DNA of 64,000 bases from Lama guanicoe (lineage: Eukaryota), in NCBI GenBank assembly GCA_013239625.1, contig MU054163.1, positions 1 to 64,000 on the forward strand, read 5' to 3'. The notes under the pieces are model-generated. The model was given only the letters and a program-made list of their open reading frames with translations, had not been told where the DNA came from and did not search any database. A program made the translations under genes and the position numbers. This document shows positions 10,701 to 23,705 of this stretch, piece after piece (the stretch's first letter is position 1; each line of letters opens with the position of its first letter).

Positions 10701-12453
10701 GCCTGTGAGCCCGGGGGCATTCGCTTCCCTGCCTGCTGAGGACAGAAACCTACCGGCCAGCCTTATCATCAGAAGCCCTGAAGAAAGCACTGCACGGACC
10801 GCCTGTGCTTCCCATGGGTGTGACGCCGCCAGCGTGTGGGGCTTAGAACCGCCGGGCACTGAGGGGTGACCGTGATGTCACTTGGTCCTGGAAGGTCCTG
10901 GAAGAACCTCCATCCTTGGCCTCTGGGTTTCCTCCCAAAATAGGGGTCTTTCGGTGATGAGCGCGGGGGCCAGCGTCCAGGCTGGGTCTCTGCGTCTACC
11001 CTTCGGGGAGTTGTTGACCTTCTGGGGTGCGTGCATTAAACTTTTGACCACACTTGGGTGGTTCTCGGCCCTTACTTCTTCAGCGAGCACTTCCGACCCC
11101 CTCCCGTCCCCCCTCCCGTCCTGGGACACCCATTATTTGCGTGTCAGATGCTTTTTGGAGACGCGCTGTCGCTGGGGGTGACTCTTTGCTAGCTTCTTGC
11201 TGGCTGCTTCAGGGCTTTCCTCAGGGGAGTGGTCTGAAGTCCACTGGCACCTCCTTCGCTGAGTCCCTCGGTGTCTCTGCCTGCCTGCCTGCCTCTGCCT
11301 GTTGCTGAAAGTCCGGCCCCTGTCCCTGACGAGCCAGGTAGCCCAGAGACAAGGTCTTGGAGCTTGGGAGAAAAGAGGCAGCTGTGTCACTTTGCTGGGC
11401 AGAGGGGACTCATGGCAGGCTGGCGTCTTCAGAGCTGTGAGCCGTCTCGGGGTGGGGCTTAGTGATTGCATAGTGGACAAACTGGAGAGTGAGCGGGGGC
11501 GGCAGTCCACAGGAGTCTCTGGTGAAGCTCCCTCCCGAATCTTGGCGAGTCTGTCCAGCATCGTGGGACCGTCCGGGGGTCTGGAGTGTCATCAGCCCGT
11601 GACCTTCCCTATGTGATCAGACTCATGAGGCCCCAGGAGGGGCTTCGGAAGGTCTGGTCACTCTCCTGAGGTTGTTGTCTAGTGACCCCCGTTTCAGGGG
11701 AATGACTCAGAATCCAAACACGATTGTCAGTTCCAGTTGCCAGAGTGAGGTAAACAAACAGGAAAACCAGCAACTCCAGCTCTAGCTCTAATTGTAACAG
11801 TGGGCCTGGGGCTGGGGACAGTGTCCTGTCAGTCAGATTTACTGACCGTTCTAGAAGCAAACAGCAAGTGTGAGGCCAGGAATTGGACAGCCTCAGCGCG
11901 GCCAGTTCCTGTTCCTCCTCGTGCCTTCCCTCCCTCCTTCCTTCTTCCTTCTCTTCGCGGCGCTCTCTGCTCTGGCGCTTCTGCTTGGTCCTTTTCAGGG
12001 GTTTCTACTTGGTGAGACACATGCTCGTACACTTCTCTGTTGGTTGGTACGGTTTCCTTTAGTTCTTTGAACAGACTCTGTTGGCTGATTTAGAGTATTT
12101 TTCTAGTAATTACAACGTCTGGGCTTCCTCAGGCACAACTTCTATTGACTCCGTTTTTTTCCTGTGTGTGGGCCATAGTTTCTTGTTTATTTGCACCTCT
12201 CATACTTCTTCGGATAAAAACTGGGCTTTTAAAATAGTGTGACAACTCAGGAAACCAGATTCGCCCTTCCCCAGAGGGGACTGGTTCTCCTTTCCTGTTA
12301 CTGTCACTGCTGTTGCTGAAAAACTGGCCTCTGTACCCTAACGGCCAAGTTGAGACTCGGAGGCAGAGCCTGGGCAGAGTTAGAAGAGAACAGCTTTACT
12401 GCTTTGCCTGCAAAGGGGGTCACAGCAGGCTCGTGCCTCAGAGGCTGCGAATC

Positions 12454-13091
12454 TGACACAGGAAAAACGAATGTGGGCAAGAGGGGTACCGTGTCCCAGG
12501 TCTCGGCTGAGCCCCTGGGACGTGCCCCGCTGAGTGTGGGTCCTTGGCTTCACGCAGGAAAGAATTCAAGAGGGAGCCACAGTTGAGTGAAGGCAGATTT
12601 ATTTAGAGGGATGCGGACTTCGGAGTGCAGGCTGTTTCAGAAGCAAGAGAAAGGCCACGAGGTGTGGGGGTTGGGTGCTCGGTAGATGCACACTCTTCAG
12701 ACAGACTGTGGCCTGGCTCCCTCAGAAGGGAGAGTGGCCATGAGATGTAGGGGTTGCTAGCTTTTAGGGGCTGGTACCTTCTTAGGCTGACAAGTGGGAG
12801 GATTAATCCAACCACTCTGAGGGAGGGGCTGGGATTCCCAGGAATTGGGCCATCACCCACTTTTTGAGCCTTTATAGTCAGCTTCGAAACTGCCCTGGCC
12901 CCCGTGGGAGGGCCGTTTACCATGCTGATACACTGCAGTGAGTGTATAATGAAGCTCCAGGTCCGTAAGGAGTCGAATCTCCATCACCCTGGGCCCCAAG
13001 GTCTGCCGGGAGTGGACCCTTCCATAGCTTTGGTGCTAACTGCTGCGTCAGTCCTTGAACGCCCTGCCCTGACCCCTTCCTTCCTGTCTCA
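12454..13091 (-). mobile_element. Solo LTR, family B (MER41-like), with 4-bp TSD, nested in another LTR starting ~12311
   Basis: TG...CA ends flanked by AATC at 12450-12453 and 13092-13095. Reverse complement of the 22142 and 23065 copies. Confidence 0.88.
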
Positions 13092-13515
13092 AATCCATCC
13101 TGGGGCTGGTGTCCTGAGGTTTTATAGAAAACCCGGCTGGAACAGAAAGGCAACAGCCATCAGGGCGTCTTCTGGGTGCTGCCCTCTTCCTCATCTTGAT
13201 GAGGCCACCGGGCACCACAGGGAAACTCCAGAGGGTCTGCTCATCCTTCCGAGGCTGTCAGCCATGAGCACCTTCCTGGAGCATCGCTGCTGGGCTAGAG
13301 GAGCGGCTGTTCTGGGAGAAGAGCGTACAGGGAGTGCGGGGAGAGTGCAGCGAGCAGAGATGGGGGTTTGTCAGAGAAAAGAGAAAACAAGCTGCAAGGA
13401 CTTTAAGTCAGAACGGGTCGGCAAACAGCCTTCGCGTCGGGGAAGCCCTTCCGCTAGTCTCCTGCTCTCTCACGGCTACTGTCTGTCCTTTCCCCAAAGT
13501 AGCACCGCACACAAG

Positions 13516-13692
13516 GCAGTTTTGTCCGGTCAAGCGAATGATTAGAGGTCTTGGGGCTGAAACGATCTCAACCTCTTCTCAGACTTCCAATGGGTAAGAA
13601 GCCTGGCTCGCTGGCGTGGAGCCCGGCGTGGAACGCGAGTGCTTGCGGGGCCACTTTTGCTAAGCAGAACTGGAGCTGCTGTGGGATGAACC
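13516..13692 (+). pseudogene. 28S rRNA-derived fragment (diverged rRNA pseudogene)
   Basis: GCAGTTTTGTCCGGTCAAGCGAATGATTAGAGGTCTTGGGGCTGAAACGATCTCAACC...GGCCACTTTTGCTAAGCAGAACTGG...GGGATGAACC follows the conserved eukaryotic LSU core with scattered substitutions. Confidence 0.88.
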
Positions 13693-14539
13693 CCAGTCAT
13701 TCTGCTACCTCGGTGGCACGTACGTTCCTGATGATATCTGTGGTCAGCTAATGTTTCTTAAACTTCCGGAACCAGTCTTTGTCAGTAGCATGGCTGCTGC
13801 ATTCCTCAGGCAGAGAAGTCGGCTCCGAGGCCGGGTCGGGTCAGGGTGGGTGAAGGCACGGGGGAGGAGGGCTGTGTATAGGGTCCCTCTGGCTCTCCTG
13901 AGTGTGGACACCGCCCTACGTGTGTGCCTGGCTTCTAGAAGCCCAGGGAGAAGTCTAACCTCTTATTTTTCCTTGCTGTTTCTAAATCGAGGTAAAGAGT
14001 GTGCAGTTAGCTTCCTCCCCTCCTCCCTTTCCTCAGCCTCAGCCATGGGGGAGGCAGGGCAGGGGGAGTGAGCCCCGCACTGGGACAATGGTTTCTGTGA
14101 CACCGAGCCCTGAGAGAGGCAGGGACGTGGCGCTGCTGTCTAGGGGTCCCGGCTTTGGAGAGTTGCCTGAGGAGACCAGAGGAGCGAGGTTGGGAGAACA
14201 GGGAAGGATTTTTGGTGTCGGGGTTGGTGCAGGGGGCTGGTCAAGAGACACACAATTGAGTTAGGGTGTGGGTGATGCCACTTGGGGTGGTCGTGTGTAC
14301 ACATGATGGGTGAACGGGAAGGTGGGGGTCACGGAGCCAGGGCGGTGCTCGAGGGTGAAGGCTATGCAGTAAGAAAGCATGCCTGGAGGCCAGCTGCAGG
14401 TGAATTTGACTGGAAGCATACTTATCAATTAATACTTGTTAAAGGGATGAATGTGAAAAGAAGCAGAGGGAATGAGGGAACAAGAAAAGGGAGATGAAGA
14501 CAGTATTTTGATTAATCAGAGGAGGTGGAAAGAGAAAAA

Positions 14540-16300
14540 AATGTAGGAATGAAAAAAGAAACTGTACAGTTCAGGGGCATTTGGTGAACACACAATGTTG
14601 TGCAACTTCCACTCTTCTCTAGTTTCAACACGTTTCGTGACCCCAGAAAAACATCCGGTGCCCAGTAAACACCGCCCTTCCCTCTCATCTCCCGAAAACC
14701 ACTGATATGCTTTCTGTTTCTGTGGAGGTTCCTATTCCGCATAAGCCGTGTAAAAGGAAGCGTACAACGCGTGGCCTTGCGTGCCAGCCTCCTCTCCCTC
14801 GGCGTGTCCTGGAGGACCGTCCAGCTGTCTCTTGTCTCAGTACGCTGCCTCCTTGCCAACACTGGTCATTTTCTGGGTTTGGGGTGACAGCTGTCCTATC
14901 CTCCTGGGTGTGAAGTGGAATCTCATTGCGGGTTTGATTTCCATTTCTTAGTGACTGGTGGTGTTTAACGTCTTTTCATGTGTTTGTTGACCACTTGCCA
15001 CTTGTATGTGTCCTTGGGAGAAATGTCGATTCGAGACCTTTGTCCGTATAAAAATTGTGTCTTCAAAGCCCCCTACGACATCTCACCCCCAGCGTCTCCC
15101 TGTGAGCTTTCTGGTTAGCTTCTTGTTTGCCCCGAATACTCTCTACCGCCTCAAGAGCCACAGTGTTTAACCATTGCTCTGTTTCTCAACGAATGTCGAT
15201 AGGGAAAAGTTGTTTGTGCTCTGCAGGCTCCCAGCGGAGAGATCAGAGGAGCTCTCTGTGTGTGGTTTCTCCCAGGGCAGGGCGACAGAGGAGGAGCCTG
15301 GAGCCCCGCCCCACCCCGCCCCGCCCCGGCGGCCCCAGACTGATGGTTTCAAGTCAACAGAGGGCAAGTGGGAGATGCATAGACACACCACAGCCTTGCT
15401 GTGTTGACAAAGATGCAGGCATTTTCTTGATTAAATCACACCCAGATTAGTGCGAGGAGTTTGCTAATTTCCAGAGTTCTGAAAAGTTTTATTCTAACAA
15501 GTTTTGCCGGGGTACTTGTTGCTCTTATGACAGAAAGGGTTTAGAGAGGAGGGGAGGCTTACTTTACCATTCTTGCCAAAATCGCCTAAACGCATTTTAA
15601 CCGACTATGTGCCCCTTCAGATAGCACCGTGCTGCTTCACAAGTGGTGCAGGGACCCTGGCGTGTCCCCAGGCCCCCCCGCCAGGGCCTGACAACATTGC
15701 CTCGTTCATCTCCCTTCCTGGAGCTGTCATAACCGAACTCACAATCACCACAATCACTGTAACCAAACAGTGGTTCTTATTTCTCATTCAGTTAACAATA
15801 AGAAATAGAATATTCTATTTTCCTGTCGTTACTCCTTCACTGATTCACTTTCTTTCCTAATGAGGATCAAGGTTTCTAACCTGCATAAGTTTATGTCTTG
15901 CCAGAAAAAACTTTTTGTAGCATTTCTTACCGGGTCCATCTGCTGACAAAGGAATGCCCTGTTTTTGTTTAGGAAGTCTATTTCCCCTTTACCTCAAGGA
16001 ATAAGTCACTAGAAATAGAATTCCAGGTGGATGGGCTCTCTCCCTTCTTTCCGCACAGTCGATATCTGACTCTGTTTCTCACAAGATCTCCGATGCGGCA
16101 TTTGATACAGTTCGTCTCATTGATTTTCTGTAGATAAGGTATAATGGTTCGCGCACTGGTTTTTCAATCTGGCTTTTTTCAAAAGTTTGTAGTTTGAATT
16201 GAATATGCTGTGTGTGCATTTTTTCCCCCGCTGTGAAATATCCCACTGAAGGTGCTTTGCCTCCAGATTTATGCTGTCTGGCATTAATGAGATGCATGAC
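14540..16300 (-). mobile_element. Old L1M-type fragments
   Basis: L1 antisense 3' motifs (GTGAAGTGGAATCTCATTGCGGGTTTGATTTCCATTTC, GGGAGAAATGTC) in AT-rich decayed sequence. Confidence 0.55.
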
Positions 16301-16578
16301 AATCTTTTGGTTTCATTGTTATAAAATTCGTCCTTTTTCTATCTCAAAGTTTATCTTCTTATAAGGTAAACTTCTCAAAGTTATCTCAAAGTTTGCTTCT
16401 TATAAGAATAAAAAAAAGGTTTTTGTTTTAAAACAATGCTAGCAACCAATGAATTTAATTTGAAAAAGTGTGATGTCTTACACTTTGATTCAATTTTTAT
16501 TTATCCTGCTTTCCTTTCACTAGCTTTCTTACTGTCTTTGAATAGATAATTCGTTATTGCACTTCTGTTTTACTGATG

Positions 16579-16950
16579 TGTCCACTGAAAGAAATGCACA
16601 ACCTAAAAGTTGAGAATTATTTTTATTCTGTGGATTTTCTGAGGACTTAACCTTGGGAGACAGCCTCTTAGATAGCTCTGACTGGCTGTTCTGAAGAGTT
16701 AGGGGAGGAGCCAGGATATATAAGAGTTTTTCCAACAAAAACTAAGTAGGTGGAATATTTAAAGATTGCTGTTAATTAAAGAAAAACAAGGTACCTCAAG
16801 TTAATGAATTTAGAACTTTCCTACGTGTGAGACATGCACGAGTCTGGCTCACTGAAATCCTTCCTTTGCTCTGCACCTTAACTACCTAGGGCCACTGTCC
16901 TGCTCTCCTCCGCCCTGAGACCCTCAGGGGCTCCGCCAGGAGCGCTGAAG
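16579..16950 (-). mobile_element. LTR family A, truncated at an L1 insertion
   Basis: Begins TGTCCACTGAAAGAAATGCACAACCTAAAAG, the reverse complement of the end of 20084-20550. Confidence 0.7.
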
Positions 16951-16959
16951 GGCATGCTG

Positions 16960-18886
16960 TCTTTCTTTATTATTACTATTGAAGTACAATCAGTTTACAA
17001 TGTTGTGTCAATTTCTGGTGTCCAGCACAGTGCCACAGCCACACATGAACACACGTACATTCATTTTCATATTCTTTTCCACCATGAGTTACTACAAGAT
17101 ATTGAATATGGTTCCCTGTGCTGTACAGGGTGATCTTGTTGTTAATCTATTCTACATATATCAGTTAGTCTTTGCAAATCTCTAACTCCCCCTCCCCCCA
17201 TAGCCACAAGTTTGCTTTCTGTGTCTGTGAGTCTGTTTCTGTTTTGCAAATAAGTTCATTTGTGTCTTCTTTCTTTTTAAAGATTCCACATATAAGTGAT
17301 ATCATGTGGTATTTTTCTTTCTCTTTCTGGCTTACTTCTCTTAGGATGACGATCTCCAGGTCCATCCTTGTTGCTGCAAATGGCACTCTTTCACTCGTTT
17401 TTATGGCTGAGTAGTATTCCACTGCATAAAGATATTCACATCTTCTTTATCCAGTCGTCTGTCGATGGACATTTAGGCTGCTTCCATGTCTTGGCTATGG
17501 TAAATAGTGCTGCTGTGAATATTGGGGTGCACGTGTCTTTTTGAAGTAGGGTTCCCTCTGGATATATGCCCAGGAGTGGGATTGCGGGGTCAGAGGGTAA
17601 GTCTATTTTCAGTCTGCTGAGGAATCTCCACACTGTTTTCCATAACAGCTGCACCAAACTGCATTCCCACCAGCAGTGTAGGAGGGTTCCCTTTTCTCAC
17701 GGCCTCTCCAGCTTTTATCATTCACGGGCTTTGGAATGATGGGCATCCTGACTGGTGTGAGGTGGTACCGCATTGTAGTTCGGATTTGCATTACTCTAAT
17801 GATCAGCAACACTGAGCATTTTTTCATGAGCCTGTTGGCCATTTGTATGTCTTCACTGGGGAATTGCTTGTTTAGGTCTTCTGCCCATTTTTGGATTGGC
17901 TTGTTTGTTTTTTGGTTATTAAGTTGTATGATCTGTTTGTATGTTCTGGAAATTGAGCCCTTGTCAGTTGCGTCGTACGAAAATACGTTCTCCCATTCCG
18001 TAGGCTGTCTTTTCGTTTTGTTTTTAGTTTCCTTTGCTGTGCAAAAGCTTATAAGCTTAATTGGGTCCTATCTGTTTATTCTTGCTTTTATTTCTATTGC
18101 CTGGGTAGATGGCCCGAGGAGAACACTGCTGAGATCTGTGTCAGAGAATGTTTTGCTGTGCTTTCTTCTGGGAGGTTTACAGTGTCTTGTCTTACGTTTA
18201 AGTCTTCAAGCCATTTTGAGTTTATTTTTGTGTATGGCGTGAGGGAGCGTTCTCACTTCCTTGATTTACAAGTGGCTGTCCAGCTTTCCCAACGCCATTT
18301 GCTGAAGAGACTGTCTTTTCTGCACTGTATCTTCTTGTCTTCTTTGTCAAAGATTAGTTGACTGTGGGCGTGAGGGTTTGTCTCTGGGCTCTCTGATCTG
18401 TTCCATTGATCTATGTGTCTGTTTTTGTGCCAATACCACACTCTTTTGATTACTGTAGCTCTGTAGTATTGTCTGAAGTCTGGGAGGATTATTCCTCCAG
18501 CTTTGTTCTTTCTCTTCAATATTACTTTGACAATTCTGGGTCTTTAGTGATTTCATATAAATTTTAGGATTATTTGTTCTGGTTCTGTGAAAAATGTCCT
18601 GAGTAATTTGATAGGGATCACATTACATCTGTAGATTGCTTTGGGTTGTTTTGCCATTTTAAACAATACTAATTCTTCCAACCCAAGAACATGGGATATC
18701 TTTCCACTTCTTTACGTCATATTTAATTTTCTTAGTCAATGTTTTGTAGTTCTCTGTGTGTAAGTCTTTACTTCCTTGGTCAGATTTATTCCTAAGTATT
18801 TTATTGTTTTGGATGCACTTTCAAAAAAGGGATTGTGTCTTTACTTTCCTTTTCTGATATTTCATTGATTGTATAAAGAAATGCAA
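16960..18886 (-). mobile_element. LINE-1 3' portion (ORF2 C-terminus and 3' UTR), relatively young
   Basis: ORF2 peptides in broken frames: [65 protein letters not shown]. Confidence 0.92.
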
Positions 18887-19830
18887 TTTCCAATCAAGAT
18901 GGCAGAATATTAGGACCACCAGCTTGCCTCTTATCACGACTAAACAAAACCACAACTGACTGCTAAACAACCATCAAGAGAAAGAAAAAAGAACTGGAAC
19001 CTAGCAATAAAGATCTTCTTCAACTAGAAACATAAAGAAGGAACCACAGCAGGATGGTAGGAGGGGCGTGCTTGAGTCCCAGGGTGGGTGACTCACAAGC
19101 TGAAGAATAAGTAAGTCACAGAGGTGCTCCCACAGGAGTGAGTTCTGAGCCCCACACCAGTCTCCCCAGCCCGGGGTTCTGGCATTGGGAGGAAGAGGAG
19201 ACCCCAGGACAGCTGGTTTTGAAGGCCAGCAGGACTTAACTCCAGGAGCCCCACGGGAGTGGGGAAACAGCAACTTCATTCTCTTGGGAAGTGTGCACAG
19301 AACCCTGAGTGTGCGACGCCCAAGGGCAGAGGCAGCGATTTCATGGGAACCTGGGACAGGCCCACCTGCTGGTTTTGGAAGATCCTCTGGGGACGGAGGG
19401 GATGGCTGCGCTCACTCAGGGGACATAGAGGCTGGTGGTGGACATTCCAGGAGGGTTCATCTACATAAGCTTTCCTGGACTGGAGGCTGACATCTTGATT
19501 GGATCATTACCACCAAGACCGAGCCCCACCCAACAGTCTGTGGGCTTAAGGGCTGGGAAGCCTCAGGCCAAACAACATAGTGGGTGGGAACACAGCCCCA
19601 CCCGTCAGCAGACTTCCTGAGCCACAAAGGCCTCTAGACACGGCCCTACCCACCAGAGGTCCTGGACCAAGCTCCACCTGGCCGTGGGCAGGCACCAGCC
19701 CCTCTTGCCAGGAAACCTGCACAAGCCTCTAGTCCAGCCCCATCCACCAGGGGGCAGATACCAGGAATAAGAAAACAACAATCCCAAAGCCCGTGGAAGG
19801 AACCCACGAACACAGCCAGACCGAAGATGC
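18887..19830 (+). mobile_element. LINE-1 5' UTR-like segment
   Basis: Starts TCAAGATGGCAGAA, an L1 5'-end motif. Homologous to 24796-25190, which is joined to L1 ORF2. Confidence 0.65.
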
Positions 19831-20083
19831 ACACAGAAGGACTGACTATCCAGAGCTCTGGTTTTAGACGACCAGAGAGAGCAGCCAAGATACATAATGG
19901 AGCTAAAGGACCCTGGAGTGACACCTACAGGAATCAAGCTCACAGACAGCACACCAGCCCTCCACAAGCTTTCTTTTTAACTGAAACACTGCCCTTTTAT
20001 TTCAGACTTCCAAATAGGGGCTCCAGGACCAACGGTCACCAGCTGCCCAAATACCAAAGACTTTTGCTTCGGAAATCTCTTGA

Positions 20084-20550
20084 TGTGAACAAAAAGTACT
20101 GCAAACCACATCAGTAAACAAGGAATGCTGAAGCCATCATGTCATCAGCGGCTGCCCCACCCCCCAGTGAAGACCAGCCTGCAGCCTGGCCTCTGCAGCC
20201 GCTCACAGTGGTGCACTCAGAGGAGACTCAGAACAAGCAAGGACAGGACACTGGCCCTAGGCAGCCAGGTGCTTGTCGAAGGAATGAATTCAGTGAGCCC
20301 AAATACTTGCTTCTTCCCATACGGAGAAAACCACTAAATTCTTTAACTTGAGATGTCTGGTCTTCAGTTAACAAGTAGTCTTTTAATGATCTGACTGCCT
20401 GGTCCTTGTTGTGAAGCTCCTCCCCTGCCTCTTTGGAGCCGTCCCTCGGAGCCATCTGAGCGGCTGTCACCCTGGGCTGAGTCTTCAGAATTGTCCACCG
20501 GATAAAGCATAACTCTCAGCTTTTAGGTGGTGCGTTTATTTCAGCCGACA
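20084..20550 (+). mobile_element. LTR family A
   Basis: TG...CA ends, with two inverted homologs in the window. Confidence 0.75.
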
Positions 20551-20898
20551 ATGTCAATTCCACATGCAGAGCAATCAAGCTGCCGTACGTGTGCCACTCA
20601 CGACAAGAGCCTTTTCCCACACAGTTTTTGGTAGTAATTTTACCTCAGATGACCCTGAAAGGGGAAACAAAGCCTTCAGAACAGAAGAAAAAGAGGTGCC
20701 AAATCATCTCCAACTAACACGCCAGCTGGGCTTGTTAGGCAGTTAGATAGAGACGAGCACTGGGCAGGGGGAGTGGAAGGGGAAGGGAATAACCCAGAAA
20801 ACAACAGTACATCTGCACTCAGGATTAGGGACTCCAGAAACTTACTTTCTCTGAAGGAGGGCCAGCAAAAGCAGCCAGCTAAAATCAAAACACTGCAG

Positions 20899-21332
20899 GT
20901 GTGCGGGAGGAGGACCTGGCGTAACTTGATCCAATGCTCATTAAAATGAAATTAACATTACAGTTTGAGCCCCCTCCCATAGGTTTCTCTGGTGAAGAAC
21001 CTGCCCAAAAGGGGATGGGTGTGCCAGAGCACAAGGAACCTGAGCTGTCAATCAGCTCGATCACTCAAAGAACCTGAGCTGCTGATCCGTCAATCAATCA
21101 CAAGAAACGCCCCTAAGCCAGGGTAGAAGATAGGAAATCAAAGGAGAGGCCCCACTTTCCCGGTCGTGGGCTGGCCCGCTCCCAGTTCTCAGGAGGGCGC
21201 TGTCTTTGCTACTTCTTTACTTTACTAGTAAAAATCTTGCTCATATCACGCTTTCTGCCTCTCATTAAAAATTCTGTTTTTTTTGGGTGACTAAGAACCG
21301 AGGTAATTTTTACGGCCCTTTTCCCGGTAACA
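20899..21332 (+). mobile_element. LTR family C (ERV1-like; 5' boundary uncertain)
   Basis: Internal direct repeat GAACCTGAGCTG. Ends TTTCCCGGTAACA, like MER4-group LTRs. Confidence 0.5.
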
Positions 21333-22141
21333 GGTTTATGTACGTATGGGACTATACGTGAAGTACTTGCTTAATTGGGAAATACAAAATCCTCACCCTG
21401 AAATGGCCACAGTGGGGCTTTTTTGACATTCCAAAACTGTTTGTTGTGTAAGCAGTTAGAGAAAGCTGGCTTGACAGAACATCTTTCACAGTTCTGACCC
21501 TAAGGGAACAAAATTCCTTCTAGAAGAAGCTTGCGTTTCTCTCCCCGGGCCTTTGGATGTAGGTGCTCTGACAGGTCAGACAACTCTTGTCTAGACCATC
21601 TTCAGTTCCTGAGACTAAAGGAAAAAGAGGGAAGAGGCCTTTTTAGAAACTCAAGCAAATAGACTTAGTTTTTTCCAACTATTATTTTTTAATTTTATAT
21701 TTTTATAAATTATATTTTTTTATATTTAATACTTGATTCATCACTAAATTTTAAAATGAAAACTATGAGTCTATGTGAAGGTATGTACATTACAAATATG
21801 TTTCTATGTCCAGATGGTATTGCTAAAAGTAATTGTAAAATTAGCTCTATTTACTTTGTTCACAAAAAGTTAAGTGCTTATGTTAATTCTCAGAAATAGG
21901 ATAGAAACTAACCCAGATAAATTTCAGGTTTATGAGATCCAGGAAATATCCAGTATTAGATTAATATTCAGTTTTAAAGTTAGTTTAAGTTTGGTTTAAT
22001 TAATACAGACATGTCTTTAGAGTTACCAACATTAAATATAATACTGTTATTGTACCCAAGTTTACTAAAAGTCAAGTAAGTTTATGTTATCTCTGTTACA
22101 AAATTTGTCAGCAAGAAAAGTAGTTTGGGATGATGGCCGAC

Positions 22142-22760
22142 TGAGACAGGAGGGAATAGGGCACAGCCATTCAGGGAATGCCACAGCAATTAACACCAAA
22201 ATGGGGAAAGGTTCAACCCCCAGCAGGCCTTGAGGCTCAGGATGGTGGGAGATTTAACTTCTAGCAGATCTAGAGCGTCATTATACGCCCATTGTAATAT
22301 ATTAACATGGGGAATAACATGCCCACAGGTGCCATGGCAGTCCGGAGGTCAGCCACAAAAGGTCAAGAGTGGGAAATGGCCAACTTCCTGGGAATCCCAG
22401 CCCCTTCCTCAGGCTACTTGCACTGGTCCTTCCACTTATTAGCATTAGCCACCAAGCCCATAAAAACTAGCAGCACGGTGCCTTATGGCCGCCGCCCCCC
22501 TCTTCAGAGACGGCCCGCACCCTGTCTGTGGAGTGTGCACCTACTTGTAATCTGAGCACCCAACCCCCACACCTCCTGGCCTGTCCCTTGCCTTTCATGG
22601 TATCTCTGTGAATAAATCTACCCTTACTCAACCGTGGCTCCCTCTTGAATTCTTTCCTGCGCGAGGCCAAGGACCCACACTTGGCGGGGCACGTCCCGGG
22701 GGCCCAACCGAAGCCTGGGACACAGCCCTTCTTACACCCCACATCCATTTTCCTACATCA
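22142..22760 (+). mobile_element. Solo LTR, family B (MER41-like)
   Basis: TG...CA ends and AATAAA at 22611. No clean TSD. Confidence 0.85.
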
Positions 22761-23064
22761 TCTTGGTCTAGTGTCTCATGAAGTTTTCATGGATAATCTA
22801 AACATAATTATTGGTAATAAGTGAATTAAAGAGATAGAAATGGAGTAAGCCTTCAGGTGAACATTTTAAGAATAATTGTTTTATGATATGTCTAGTTAAA
22901 AGTAATTTCTCCAGATTTTTGGTAACTTGAAACTTAAGAATCTTCTTAACTTAAGTTAAATGATGAAAATTTATTGAATGTCTAGGTCATTTCCAAATAA
23001 AATACTGGAAGATTAACTACAGAAAGTTATTATGAAAGATATTAGTAAGTATATTTGGTGCCAC

Positions 23065-23705
23065 TGAGACAGGATGGAAGGGGGCAGGGCACAGCCACTC
23101 AAGGAATGACAGCAATTTAACACCAAAATGGTAGGGGATTCACCTCCTCCTTGGCCTTGAGGATTAAGAGGTTTAACTTCTAGTAGACCTTGAGCTTCAT
23201 TATACACTCATTGTAACAGCGTGATCGAATAACATGCCCGCAGGCGCCATGGCAGCCCCAAGGCTAACCAACCGCAAAAGGCCAAAGCATGGGCAGTGGC
23301 CCAGTCCCTGGGAACCCCAGCCCTTTCCCCAGGGCAGTTGGGTTGATCCCACCTGTGGGCGTGTGAAGCTACTGAGCCCATAAAAAGTGACACCGCCACG
23401 CCTAGTGGCACCTAGTGCTCTCTCTCCCCTTCGGAGATGCCAGCACTCTGTCTACGGAGTGTGCACCTACTTCACTTTAACCTGAGCACCCAGTTCCCAC
23501 ACCTCTTTCCTTCCCTTTCTCTTGCCTTACACTCTATGCAGTGTGTGTCTCTCTAAATAAATCTACCTTTACTCAATGGTGGCTCACACTCGAATCCCTT
23601 CCTGTGTGAAGCCAAGGACCCACACTTGGTGGGGCACATACCAGGGGCTCAGCTGAGACCTGGGACTTGGCCCTCCTCACGCCCCACATCCGTTTTCCTG
23701 CATCA
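23065..23705 (+). mobile_element. Solo LTR, family B (MER41-like), with 4-bp TSD
   Basis: TG...CA ends flanked by CCAC at 23061-23064 and 23706-23709. Confidence 0.88.

Noticed and set aside
13516..13692. Functional rRNA gene
   Set aside because: Only ~180 bp, diverged, with no rDNA context.
22142..23705. Two same-orientation LTRs 300 bp apart read as a single mini-provirus
   Set aside because: The second LTR has its own CCAC TSD, the copies are clearly diverged, and no PBS or PPT is evident between them.
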